A stretch of 37,241 nt of DNA, from assembly GCA_037442445.1 (NCBI GenBank), contig JBBIQF010000084.1, forward strand, positions 1 to 37,241, in the 5' to 3' direction. Both the position numbers and the translations under genes were made by a program. This document shows positions 1 to 8,866 of the stretch, in pieces. The first letter of the stretch is position 1. Each line of letters begins with the position of its first letter. The notes beneath the pieces were generated by a model. It did not search any database, was not told the DNA's origin, and saw only the letters and a program-made list of their open reading frames with translations. The stretch is from Planctomycetaceae bacterium. GTDB lineage: Bacteria > Planctomycetota > Planctomycetia > Pirellulales > Thermoguttaceae.

Positions 1-1104
1 GTGGCGGCCTGCGATGTGAACGCCCTCCGGGCCGAGGCGGTCGCCCGCATGAAGAATTGCCGCGCGTACACCGACTACCGCAAGCTGTTGGACCAGCGCG
101 ACGTGGATGCGGTTGTCATCGCCACGCCGGACCATTGGCATGCGCTGGCGAGTATCCATGCCTGCCAGGCCGGCAAAGACGTGTATTGCGAGAAGCCGCT
201 ATCGCTTACGGTCCGCGAGGGCCGGGCCATGGTGGCGGCCGCACGCCGTTATGGCCGGGTGTTCCATACCGGCAGCCAGCGGCGCTCCATGAAACATCAC
301 CGGCTGGGCTGCCAGATCGTGCGGGCCGGCGTGTTGGGCAAGATCCAACGGGTCATTGCCCACAATTACCCCAGCCCCTGGCACTGCGGATTGCCGGCGC
401 AGCCCGTGCCCGATGGGCTCGATTGGGACCTGTGGTGCGGCCCTACCGAACCGCGGCCCTATCATGCCGATCTGTATGCCCCGCGAGGCAACCCGGGCTG
501 GATTTCCTTTTGGGCCTATTCGGGCGGGGAGATGACCGGCAACGGCTCCCACGGCCTGGACCAGATCCAATGGGCCCTGGGCATGGATGAAACCGGCCCG
601 GTCGAGTTCTGGCCCGAGCGCCAGGAGCCGCTGCGGGCCCCGGTGTACAGCGCCCCCGAAAGCCGCCAGCGGGGCGATCGCATCTGCTCCCAGAACCGCG
701 TGTTCTACCGCTACGCCAATGGCGTGACGGTGGTGTTGGATACCGGCCCGGTAGCCGGCGCGGTTTTCGTGGGCCAGAACGGCAAGGTCGTGGTCGATAA
801 CAACCGTTTCACGTGCGACCCTCCGGAACTGGCCCAAGCAGCCCTCGCCCCCGGCGCGCCCCGCCTGGAGGTCAGCGAGGATCACTTCCGCAACTGGTTC
901 GATTGCATCCGCACCCGCAGCCGGCCTATCGCCGATGTCGAGATCGGGCATCGCTCGGCCGTGATCTGCCATCTGTGCAACCTGGCCCGGCAACTGGGGC
1001 GCAGGCTCCGCTGGGACCCCCAGCGCGAGCAGGTGTTGGGTGATGACGAGGCCAATGCCCTGCTAGACCGGCCGCGCCGCAAGGGTTTCGAGCTGCCCGG
1101 CTGA
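1..1104 (+). CDS. Gfo/Idh/MocA-family oxidoreductase (5' end cut by window edge)
   Basis: Long ORF with family core motifs DAVVIATPDHWH and VYCEKPL (EKP motif) plus the C-terminal alpha/beta domain. The N-terminal Rossmann GxGxxG segment is absent, so the gene begins upstream of base 1. Confidence 0.85.
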   Translation: MAACDVNALRAEAVARMKNCRAYTDYRKLLDQRDVDAVVIATPDHWHALASIHACQAGKDVYCEKPLSLTVREGRAMVAAARRYGRVFHTGSQRRSMKHHRLGCQIVRAGVLGKIQRVIAHNYPSPWHCGLPAQPVPDGLDWDLWCGPTEPRPYHADLYAPRGNPGWISFWAYSGGEMTGNGSHGLDQIQWALGMDETGPVEFWPERQEPLRAPVYSAPESRQRGDRICSQNRVFYRYANGVTVVLDTGPVAGAVFVGQNGKVVVDNNRFTCDPPELAQAALAPGAPRLEVSEDHFRNWFDCIRTRSRPIADVEIGHRSAVICHLCNLARQLGRRLRWDPQREQVLGDDEANALLDRPRRKGFELPG

Positions 1105-1407
1105 GGCCTATGCCCCGGCGAGGGCCTTTGGCGAGGCGGTGGCCCGCGGCCTTGGGCCGCTAGCGCGCGGATTCACCCGTCCAAGTCCGGCTTTGCGCCG
1201 GACGGCCAATTGCGGAGGCCTTTGGGCGGGGACCGCAAGCGGCGCATCTTATCCCCCGGGGCCAGAATCGCGTCAGGGTTGCCGCACCGCGTGGCGGGTT
1301 GGTATGCTTGCAAGGTGCGCCGGTCGGGGGCGGCGGGAAGCCAGAGGTTCGGCAGAGCCATGGCGCCGGCACTTGGCCTTGCACGTGCAATTGTATCCGG
1401 AGCGGCG

Positions 1408-2085
1408 ATGACCAAACCGCGAGCCTGGGTATGCTGGAGCAGCGGAAAGGACAGCGCCTGGGCCTTGCATGTCGAGCGGCAGCGGGGCGAGGTCGAGGTG
1501 GTGGGCCTGTTGACCACGGTGACCGAGGCCTACAACCGCGTGTCGATGCATGGGGTGCGCGACGAGGTGCTCCGGGCCCAGGCGGCGGCGGTCGGGCTGC
1601 CACTGGTCCGCGTGCCCATCCCGGTCCCTTGTTCCAACGCGGCGTATGAGGCGGCCATGGGGCGGGCGATGCAGCAAGCACTGGCCGATGGGGTGGCGCA
1701 TGTCATCTTTGGGGACTTGTTCCTGGAAGATGTGCGCCAGTACCGGGAGACCCAACTGGCCGGCACCGGCATTTGCCCGCGTTTTCCGCTTTGGGGCCGG
1801 CCCACCCGGTTGCTGGCCGAAGAGATGATCGCTGCCGGGTTGGTCGCACGGGTGACGTGCCTGGACCCCAAGCGGGTGCCGCCCGAACTGGCCGGGGCCG
1901 TGTTCGACCGGCAGTTCCTGTCGCGATTGCCGGCCGAGGTGGACCCGTGCGCCGAGCGCGGGGAGTTCCACACCTGTGCGCTGGCCGGCCCCATGTTCCA
2001 GCGGCCGATCGCGGTGGAAGTCGGGCCGACCGTCGAGCGCGACGGGTTCGTGTTTACCGACCTGGCGCTGGCCAGCACGCAGTAG
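1408..2085 (+). CDS. Dph6-related / MJ0570-family (DUF71) PP-loop ATP pyrophosphatase
   Basis: From the internal ATG at 1408 (GGAG 6 nt upstream) the protein reads MTKPRAWVCWSSGKDSAWAL (PP-loop-like SSGKDS) and continues with FGDLFLEDVRQYRE and ERGEFHT, typical of this family. The upstream part of ORF 1210-2085 looks like non-coding Arg/Gly read-through. Confidence 0.75.
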   Translation: MTKPRAWVCWSSGKDSAWALHVERQRGEVEVVGLLTTVTEAYNRVSMHGVRDEVLRAQAAAVGLPLVRVPIPVPCSNAAYEAAMGRAMQQALADGVAHVIFGDLFLEDVRQYRETQLAGTGICPRFPLWGRPTRLLAEEMIAAGLVARVTCLDPKRVPPELAGAVFDRQFLSRLPAEVDPCAERGEFHTCALAGPMFQRPIAVEVGPTVERDGFVFTDLALASTQ

Positions 2086-2228
2086 GGTGGGCACTTTGCA
2101 CCACGCACCGGGTAGGGTGGGTGCTTTGCACGCGATTCATGAAGGGAACGCGTGCGTGCCAAGCACGCACCGGACGACCAGGTACGCGCCCCATCAACGG
2201 CAAGCGTGCGTGCAAAGCACGCATCCGA
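2082..2228. repeat. REP-like composite repeat block (2 direct + 2 inverted/hairpin copies)
   Basis: GTAGGGTGGGCACTTTGCAC (2082-2101) and GTAGGGTGGGTGCTTTGCAC (2112-2131) are direct copies. GCGTGCGTGCCAAGCACGCACCGGA (2150-2174) and GCGTGCGTGCAAAGCACGCATCCGA (2204-2228) are a second direct pair. Each copy of that pair is a hairpin (GTGCGTGC-caa-GCACGCAC). Their core GCGTGCAAAGCAC is the reverse complement of GTGCTTTGCACGC in the first pair. Confidence 0.8.
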
Positions 2229-2254
2229 CAGGTTGGCGTTCGCAGGAAAGACCC

Positions 2255-3271
2255 ATGCAGAGCAAATGGTGGCTGGTGGCGATTGTCGGCGTGGTGGTGG
2301 CGGCCAGCCTGCTGGCCAAGGCCATGCTCCGGGGCCACGCTCCGGGTACGTCCGGGGGGGCCATGCCGCCTGCCTCTGCGGACAATGCGGGATCGCTTTC
2401 ACAGCCGGGCAGCGTCCCCGGGGTTTCCGGCGCTGGGGGCCCGAGCGGCCAGCACGGCGGGCCGAGTGGCGCATCGTACCGCCGCATCGTGTCGCTTTCG
2501 CCTAGTATTACCGAGACGCTGTTCGCCTTGGGGCTGGGCGATCGGGTCGTCGGGGTAACGCGGTACTGCCGCTGGCCCCCGGAGGCCCAACAGCGGACCG
2601 TGGTGGGGGGCTACCTGGACCCCAATTACGAGGCCATCGTGGCCTTGCAGCCCGATCTGGTGATCCTCCGCGGCGAAAAAGACGCGTTCGTCCAGGGGTT
2701 TCGCAACCTGGGCCTGGAGGTTCTGGCGGTGCGGCACCAGAGCGTGGCCGACATTCTTTCGGCCATCGAGGTCATCGGCCGCACCTGCGGCGCAGCCGAG
2801 CAAGCCGATCGGCTGCTGGCCGACCTGCGAGCCCGCATCGACCGGTTGCGGTCCAAGACGGCGGGTTTGCCCCGGCCGCGGGTGCTGCTGGTTGTCCAGC
2901 GGGCGTTGGGGACCGGTACCATCCAGGACGCTTATGTGGCCGGTGCCGACGGGTTCTTGAACGATATGATCGATCTAGCGGGCGGGCAAAACGCCTGCCC
3001 CAAGACCTCGGTGGGGGCTCCGGTGGTTTCGGCCGAGGGGGTGATGCAAATGGACCCGGAAGTGATCGTGGACCTAATGTCGCCCGAGCGTGCGGCCGGC
3101 CGGTCCCATGCCGAATTGCTGGCCGACTGGCAACCGCTCGGCAGTGTGGCGGCGGTGCGGGCGGGCCGGCTTCATGTGGTCGATGACGACGGGATATTGG
3201 TCCCCGGCCCGCGGTTTTATCGGCTGGCCGAACGACTGGCCCGGCTGGTGCACCCCGAGGTGGCCTGGTAG
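2255..3271 (+). CDS. ABC transporter periplasmic substrate-binding protein, BtuF/FhuD (cobalamin/siderophore) type
   Basis: N-terminal hydrophobic anchor MQSKWWLVAIVGVVVAASLL, then a Gly/Ser/Pro linker. The core YRRIVSLSPSITETLFALGLGDRVVGVT...PNYEAIVALQPDLVI is typical of Peripla_BP_2 proteins. It is followed by the cognate ATPase and FecCD permease. Confidence 0.85.
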   Translation: MQSKWWLVAIVGVVVAASLLAKAMLRGHAPGTSGGAMPPASADNAGSLSQPGSVPGVSGAGGPSGQHGGPSGASYRRIVSLSPSITETLFALGLGDRVVGVTRYCRWPPEAQQRTVVGGYLDPNYEAIVALQPDLVILRGEKDAFVQGFRNLGLEVLAVRHQSVADILSAIEVIGRTCGAAEQADRLLADLRARIDRLRSKTAGLPRPRVLLVVQRALGTGTIQDAYVAGADGFLNDMIDLAGGQNACPKTSVGAPVVSAEGVMQMDPEVIVDLMSPERAAGRSHAELLADWQPLGSVAAVRAGRLHVVDDDGILVPGPRFYRLAERLARLVHPEVAW

Positions 3272-3284
3272 CGTGGGAAGCGGC

Positions 3285-4100
3285 ATGACCTCGGCGCCCG
3301 AGCTGGCCAACGTGTTGGAGATTCGGGACCTGTCGTTCCGCGCGGGAGCCAAAGAGATCCTGCGGAACGTGTCGTTTACGGTCCGCCGGGGCGAATACCT
3401 GTCGATCGTGGGGCCGAACGGGGCGGGCAAGACCACGCTGCTCAAATGCATCGACCGCCTGCTGCCCGGCGGGGAGGAATCGGTCTGGGTGTTTGGCCGG
3501 CCGTTGCGCCAATACACTCAGCGCGAGCTGGCCCGGCGCATCAGCTACGTGCCGCAGGGCGATGGCCGGATTTTCCCCTTCACGGTCGAGGAGTTCGTGC
3601 TCATGGGCCGGTACCCGTACCTCAGCCCGTTCTCGTCGGTCGATCCGGCGGGCCGGCAAGCGGTCAACCGGGCGCTGGAGGTCACGGGAACCCGGCCATT
3701 TGCGGCCCGGCGGTTGGAAACCCTTAGCGGCGGCGAAAGGCAGAAGGTTTACTTAGCCGCGGCTCTGGCCCAACAGGCCGATATCCTCCTCCTGGATGAA
3801 CCCACGACGTATCTCGATTACCGCCATCAGGCGGAAATCCGCGACCTGTTGGCCGAGATCAATCGCACCTCGGGGGTGACCATCGTGGCCGTCACCCACG
3901 ATGTCAACCGGGCGGCGCTGGACAGCCACCGGATTGTGGCCCTGCGCGAGGGCCAGGTGGTGTTCGTGGGCCTGCCCTGCGAGATCATGCAGCACGACGT
4001 GCTGGAGGCGATCTACGGCACCTCGTTTTTGCTGGCAGCCCATCCCCAGGCCGGGCTGCCGGTAGTGCTGCCCGAGCCGCCCCGGGAGGCCCGGCCATGA
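3285..4100 (+). CDS. ABC transporter ATP-binding protein (FecE/BtuD type)
   Basis: Walker A GPNGAGKTT, ABC signature LSGGERQ, Walker B ILLLDEPT, H-loop VTHD. The start could also be the GTG at 3273. Confidence 0.9.
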   Translation: MTSAPELANVLEIRDLSFRAGAKEILRNVSFTVRRGEYLSIVGPNGAGKTTLLKCIDRLLPGGEESVWVFGRPLRQYTQRELARRISYVPQGDGRIFPFTVEEFVLMGRYPYLSPFSSVDPAGRQAVNRALEVTGTRPFAARRLETLSGGERQKVYLAAALAQQADILLLDEPTTYLDYRHQAEIRDLLAEINRTSGVTIVAVTHDVNRAALDSHRIVALREGQVVFVGLPCEIMQHDVLEAIYGTSFLLAAHPQAGLPVVLPEPPREARP

Positions 4101-5086
4101 AACGCGGCATCGTGCTGGCGGCATTCGCCTTGCTGGCCTTGGGAGTCGGGCTGGGGGCGCCTTTCGTGGGAATCCATCCGGTGGCGCTGAGCGACCTGTG
4201 GCGAGGCCAGGGGACCGAGAGCAACATCCTGTGGAGCCTGCGCCTGCCCCGGGTGGCCCTGGGGCTTTTGGCCGGCGCCGGCCTGGCCACAAGCGGAATG
4301 GTGTTCCAGGCCGTGTTCCGCAACGTGCTGGCGACCCCGTTTACCCTGGGGGTGGCCAGCGGGGCCTCGCTGGGCGCCATGATCTACATCCATCTGGGGC
4401 TGTCGGTTTCGATCGCGGGCATTGGCGGCGGCACCTGGTTCGCCTTTGCCGGCGCGGTGCTGACCATCGCTTTGGTGTACGGGTTGACCCGCCTGCGCCG
4501 CGGTTTCCTCACCACCACCATGCTGCTTTCGGGCCTGGCCATCAATCTGTTCTTCTCCAGCCTGATCCTGCTCATCCAATACCTGAGCGACTTTACCGAC
4601 GCGCACCTGATGCTCCGCTGGATGATGGGGGGCCTGAGCCGCACCACCAGTTTCGACGACGTGCTTACGGTGCTGCCCTTTGTAACCGCGGGGACGGCGG
4701 TGGTGATCTACCTGACCCACGAGCTGAACCTGCTGACCACCGGCGAAGAACTGGCCGCCAGCCGAGGCGTGGCGGTGCACCGCACCAAGGTGACGCTCTT
4801 CTTTGCGGTGTCGCTGATGGTGGGGGCCATTGTGGCAGTGACCGGGCCCATCGGCTTTGTGGGGCTGATGGCGCCGCATATCTGCCGGCTGGCGATCGGC
4901 CCCGACCATCGCTACCTTACGCCGGCCACGATGCTCTTTGGTGCGGCATTGCTGACCGCCTGCGACGCCCTGGCCCGCACCATCCTCCCGCCCCATGAAC
5001 TGCCCGTGGGTATCCTCACGGCACTGATGGGCGGGCCGTTTTTCGTGTGGCTGCTGTTGGGGCGCAGCCTTGAGCAGAACTATTGA
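4097..5086 (+). CDS. FecCD-family iron-siderophore/cobalamin ABC permease
   Basis: Multi-span hydrophobic protein with FecCD hallmarks (LRLPRVALGLLAGAGLATSG, TGPIGFVGLMAPHICRL). Its ATG overlaps the ATPase stop as ATGA (4097-4100). Confidence 0.9.
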   Translation: MKRGIVLAAFALLALGVGLGAPFVGIHPVALSDLWRGQGTESNILWSLRLPRVALGLLAGAGLATSGMVFQAVFRNVLATPFTLGVASGASLGAMIYIHLGLSVSIAGIGGGTWFAFAGAVLTIALVYGLTRLRRGFLTTTMLLSGLAINLFFSSLILLIQYLSDFTDAHLMLRWMMGGLSRTTSFDDVLTVLPFVTAGTAVVIYLTHELNLLTTGEELAASRGVAVHRTKVTLFFAVSLMVGAIVAVTGPIGFVGLMAPHICRLAIGPDHRYLTPATMLFGAALLTACDALARTILPPHELPVGILTALMGGPFFVWLLLGRSLEQNY

Positions 5087-5155
5087 GGGGGGGGCCGAGC
5101 GGGCGACACACAAGGCTGGCGTGGCCGCAAGAGCCGGACCCGGCGAGGGCTGAAG

Positions 5156-5303
5156 CACGAGCCGGGCCCATCACGAGCCGGGCCCACGAGCCGGGCCCGT
5201 AAGGGCCCGGTGCGGCCCGATCAACAGTTGACTCCGTAAGGGCCCGGTGAAGCCGGCCGCTCGCCGACGGCCACTGCCCGCCGGTCGCTCGCCGACGGCT
5301 ACT
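5156..5303. repeat. Three adjacent short tandem/duplicated GC-rich repeat families
   Basis: (C)ACGAGCCGGGCCC occurs three times in tandem (5156-5169, 5172-5185, 5186-5198). CCGTAAGGGCCCGGTG occurs twice and identically (5197-5212, 5234-5249). CCGG(C/T)CGCTCGCCGACGGC(C/T)ACT occurs twice (5253-5275, 5281-5303; 21/23 identical). Confidence 0.85.
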
Positions 5304-5700
5304 CCCCGGCAACCGCTCCCTGGTGGTGGCGGCGGCTCGGAATGGTCGCGGGTCGGAATGCTTGCCGAACGTGCCGAACATGTCGATTTTGCGGTGTGGA
5401 TGAAGTTTCGGGGCGGCGTGGCCGATAACAAGGCGGACAACGGTGCTGGCCCTGTGCTGGGCTGCGCCGCCTTTGCCGCCGAGCGGCACGGGCAGCCCAA
5501 TGCGGGCAATTTTTCCGTAACCTGTTGGCTACGGGGAAGTTGCGCAGCGGGAAGGCCAGGGCCTGCGGCCGGCATTTGCCGTAAGTTCTTTGAAAATAGG
5601 CGCTTACCGTCAATCGACCAGTCCGCCAGAGGCGGCTGGTACCGGGGTGCAGGCATACCCATCCACGGTGGGGTAAGATGCCTGCGGCACCCCAGTGGCC

Positions 5701-5729
5701 TTGACTCTACTCTTTATGCCGTCTACACT
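5701..5729 (+). promoter_or_regulatory. Sigma-70-like promoter TTGACT-N17-TACACT upstream of the HU/IHF gene
   Basis: TTGACT at 5701-5706, exact 17-nt spacer, TACACT at 5724-5729. It lies about 70 nt upstream of the GTG start and its GAGGAGG Shine-Dalgarno (5790-5796). Confidence 0.55.
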
Positions 5730-5802
5730 TGGAGCGTCTGTGCGTGCTCTCGAAGGAGTTCGGTGCGGCCCGAGGGTCGAGTACTCAAGAGGAGGACGAG
5801 TC

Positions 5803-6189
5803 GTGACCAAAAAAGAGATTGTTCGCACGATTTCGGAGCAAATCGGGCTGACCCAACTGCAAACCAAGGAGATCGTCCAGAAGATGTTCGACGCCATCGT
5901 CGATACCTTGGTGGAGCAGCGCCGGATTGAACTCCGCAATTTCGGGGTGTTCGAGGTCAAACGCCGGGCCCCCCGCAAGGCCCGCAATCCCCGAACCGGC
6001 GCGCGAGTGGAAGTGCCGGCCAAGTTCGTGGTTACGTTCAAGCCGGGCAAAGAGATGGAGCAGCGGGTCCGGGAGCTGGAAAGGCAAGTCGCCAGCCGGG
6101 CCGCCCAGGCCGAGCCGAAGCGGGCCGACTCGAACTCCCGGCCCGTGGCCGGCGCCCTAGGGGTGTATAACCCCGAGCGCCGGGGCTAG
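5803..6189 (+). CDS. HU/IHF-family nucleoid-associated DNA-binding protein with C-terminal extension
   Basis: GTG start 7 nt after GAGGAGG. Sequence VTKKEIVRTISEQIGLTQLQTKEIVQKMFDAIVDTL...RNFGVFEVKRRAPRKARNPRTGARVEVPAKFVVTFKPGKEM matches the HU/IHF fold including the beta-arm NPRTG. A tail of about 40 aa rich in Ala/Arg/Pro follows. Confidence 0.85.
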   Translation: MTKKEIVRTISEQIGLTQLQTKEIVQKMFDAIVDTLVEQRRIELRNFGVFEVKRRAPRKARNPRTGARVEVPAKFVVTFKPGKEMEQRVRELERQVASRAAQAEPKRADSNSRPVAGALGVYNPERRG

Positions 6190-6468
6190 CCCATCGCCCC
6201 CCGAACGGCCGGCGGCGCAGGCTGCTCAGGGCGGTTTGCAGCCCGAACGGCATCGGAATTGGTCTCGACGCGGTCGCCCGGATCGACTACTCTATCGCAC
6301 CCATCGAAGCATCTCTTTTCCGCTGCTTCGAACCTTTCCCGCACCTCGATACACGTCAATCCAAACCGGCCCCTGTGGGCCAAGATGCCTCTTCCGCCCT
6401 TTGGGGCTGGTCATTGACGGTGCGCGCCTTGGGGCGCAACGCCGCGAGTAACCAGCAGGAGTCCTCGA

Positions 6469-6687
6469 ATGCGCAAAGTTCTGTTCGCCATTGCCTGCGG
6501 TTTGTTAGTCGGGTCGGTGGGGGGATGCTTCATCCCCGCCTATTCGGCCGACCCCACCCGGCGAACCGCCGAGTTGCTGTACACGTCCGAAAACCTCCGC
6601 CTGATCCTCGACGAGTGGGAACGCATCTGGTTCCTCGATCAGCCGGATCACGCCACCCCGTACCGCACGCACGGCGGGATCATCTGA
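6469..6687 (+). CDS. Small putative lipoprotein (hypothetical)
   Basis: AGGAG sits 8 nt before the ATG. Signal peptide with a lipobox-like LVGSVGGC, and a non-repetitive charged mature part. I recognise no family. Confidence 0.5.
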   Translation: MRKVLFAIACGLLVGSVGGCFIPAYSADPTRRTAELLYTSENLRLILDEWERIWFLDQPDHATPYRTHGGII

Positions 6688-6916
6688 ACGGGTGGGCTTG
6701 GCGGAGCGCCAGCCAGCCGATGGCCCCAGCGGCGCCCCGCGGCTGGGCGCCAGGCACTTGCGCTACGTTCCGGCACGGTATAGGCTTGTACCAGGCGCTG
6801 GCGGATCGCGCGCCGGCGCATCCCCGAGCCATCGCGGGCCGCCGCGCTGTGCCGGCCCAGCACGGGTGCCACTGCCGGCGTGCTCCCGCTTGCCCCGCTT
6901 GTTCTGAGGACACTGC

Positions 6917-7825
6917 ATGAGCCACATTGGCCCGCCGCTGGTCATCGGCCTGGGCGAGGTGCTGTGGGATATCTTTGCCGACTCGCGGCGACCGGGCGGG
7001 GCGCCGGCCAATGTGGCGTTCCAAGCGTCGCAACTCGGCTGCCGGGGAGTGGTCTGCTCGCGCGTGGGGCAAGACCCCCTCGGCCGTGAACTGCTGGCCT
7101 TCCTCGCCGAGCAAGGGATGGCCACCGAGTTCATCCAGCAGGATCCGGTGCATCCGACCGGCACGGTAACGGTCGATACCTCGCAGCCGGCACACCCCCG
7201 GTTCATCATCCACGAAGACGCCGCCTGGGATTACTTGGAGTTCGACGAGCCGTGGCGGGCACTGGCGGGGCAGGCGGCGGCCATCTGCTTCGGCACCCTG
7301 GCCCAGCGCTCGGCGGTGTCGCGCCAGACCATCCACCGCGTGTTGCGGGCGGCCAGCCCCGGCTGCCTGATCGTGTACGATGTCAACCTGCGGCAAGCGT
7401 GGTACCAGCGGGATTGGATCGAGGCATCGCTGGCCGCCGCCGGCTGGGCGAAGCTCAATACCGACGAGGCCGCCGAACTGGCCCGGCTGCTGGAGCTGGG
7501 ACCGCTCGATCATGTCGCTTTCGCCCGCGCGCTGCAACAGCGTTACGGCCTCCAGGCGGTCTGCATTACCCGGGCAGAGCGCGGGGCGATACTCGTCAGC
7601 GGCCAGACGGTAGTGAATCAGCCGGGGGAACCCGTGGAAGTGGTCGATACCGTTGGGGCGGGCGACGCCTTTACCGCTGCTTGGATCGCGGCCGGCTTGT
7701 GGAACTGGCCCCCCGCAGCGCAGGTGGCTTTTGCCAACCGGGTGGGCGCCTTGGTCGCCAGCCGCCCCGGGGCCATGCCGGTGCTCCGCGAAGAGTTCGC
7801 CCAACTGGCCAAAGAGTATTCGTAG
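6917..7825 (+). CDS. PfkB-family sugar kinase (fructokinase/ketodeoxygluconate-kinase-like)
   Basis: N-terminal GEVLWDIF...GGAPANVA and the C-terminal PfkB signature DTVGAGDAF. GAGGA lies 7 nt upstream of the ATG. Confidence 0.85.
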   Translation: MSHIGPPLVIGLGEVLWDIFADSRRPGGAPANVAFQASQLGCRGVVCSRVGQDPLGRELLAFLAEQGMATEFIQQDPVHPTGTVTVDTSQPAHPRFIIHEDAAWDYLEFDEPWRALAGQAAAICFGTLAQRSAVSRQTIHRVLRAASPGCLIVYDVNLRQAWYQRDWIEASLAAAGWAKLNTDEAAELARLLELGPLDHVAFARALQQRYGLQAVCITRAERGAILVSGQTVVNQPGEPVEVVDTVGAGDAFTAAWIAAGLWNWPPAAQVAFANRVGALVASRPGAMPVLREEFAQLAKEYS

Positions 7826-8019
7826 CGTGCCGGCGCCGGCCCGGGATCGCTCACGGCGAGACGGCCGAATATGCCGGGCAAAGGGAACATGTCGGCCGCA
7901 CCGGGTCACCCGCCCGGGCAGCAAGTTTTGCCGGGGGCGTGCCGATGGGTGTCAGGGAAGCGGACGGCAGCCGCCGCTTGGGCTGCGCGCCGCCGGACCG
8001 CCTTGCGCTGCCGTGGCCG

Positions 8020-8739
8020 ATGCGACGTTTCTTGCTGTACATCGTATTGCCGGCGCTGGCGATTGCCGGACCGCCCTTGGCCCTGGCCGGCTGGAAATGG
8101 TGGAAGGCCCACGGGGGCCGGTTGGCCTGGCCGGCGCTGGCGATTTCGTCATCGGGCCAATCGCCAAGCAACTCCGAAAACGAAGACGCGATCCTCCCTG
8201 GCCAGGCGCCTTGGGCCCAGGGGAGCAGCCCCGCTGCACCTGGGGCCAGCCCCGCCCAGCCACCAGACCCGTCGGGGCGCCGCACGGGTGCAACCGGCCC
8301 TGACGTGCCCGCCATCGAACTGGCCGAAGCGATCCGCTTTGACATCACCCCGGGCTGGGTGATGACGCGGTGGCCCCGGGTGTCGGCCGGCCTAGCCGAG
8401 CTTCAACTCCAAGGTTATCGCGTGCCGCTGGTGACCGGAACTGCCGAGGACGATCTTGCCGGGGCCTTGACGTACTACTTCAACCCCTGGCAGCAGGTCG
8501 AGCGGATCACGTTCCGCGGGACGACCGGCAACGCGGGAAAACTCATCGAGTATCTGGTGCGGCAATACCGTTTCGGCCGGCGCTTGACCAACGACCCGCG
8601 GATCGTGCGTTTCGAGGTCCCCGGGCCGCGGGGCGAACCCCACAGTTGGCTGGAAATCCGGCCCGCCGGCGTGGTCAAAGCCAGCGAACCGTTCCAGCGC
8701 CTCAGCGTGGTACTGGTGCTCAATCGGCCGAACGAGTAG
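8020..8739 (+). CDS. Hypothetical membrane-anchored protein
   Basis: N-terminal hydrophobic helix MRRFLLYIVLPALAIAGPPLALAG, a Ser/Pro-rich linker, then a globular-looking C-terminal domain (IRFDITPGWVMTRWPRV...YYFNPWQQVERITFRG). The start is uncertain (alternative ATG at 7945). No family recognised. Confidence 0.5.
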   Translation: MRRFLLYIVLPALAIAGPPLALAGWKWWKAHGGRLAWPALAISSSGQSPSNSENEDAILPGQAPWAQGSSPAAPGASPAQPPDPSGRRTGATGPDVPAIELAEAIRFDITPGWVMTRWPRVSAGLAELQLQGYRVPLVTGTAEDDLAGALTYYFNPWQQVERITFRGTTGNAGKLIEYLVRQYRFGRRLTNDPRIVRFEVPGPRGEPHSWLEIRPAGVVKASEPFQRLSVVLVLNRPNE

Positions 8740-8866
8740 CGCCCCGGCACATGGGCAGGGGCGCGACAGCGGCGGCCTGGAAGGCGCACCGGGGCCCCGA
8801 CGAGCGAGACATCCCGCCGGGCGAATAAGGGCCCGGCCACACCGGTTGCCACGGCTTGCGATTGCA

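Noticed and set aside
2086-2254. Looked for a cobalamin riboswitch (B12 box) or a Fur-type box ahead of the BtuF/FecCD-type ABC operon.
   Set aside because: By eye there is no B12-box-like core and no AT-rich 19-bp palindrome. The segment is fully accounted for by the REP-like repeats. A covariance-model scan would be needed to exclude a divergent riboswitch.
6186-6383. 65-aa minus-strand ORF in the HU/IHF downstream spacer, with a less biased composition.
   Set aside because: No ribosome-binding site, no family resemblance, and it overlaps the HU/IHF stop. The evidence is insufficient to call it.
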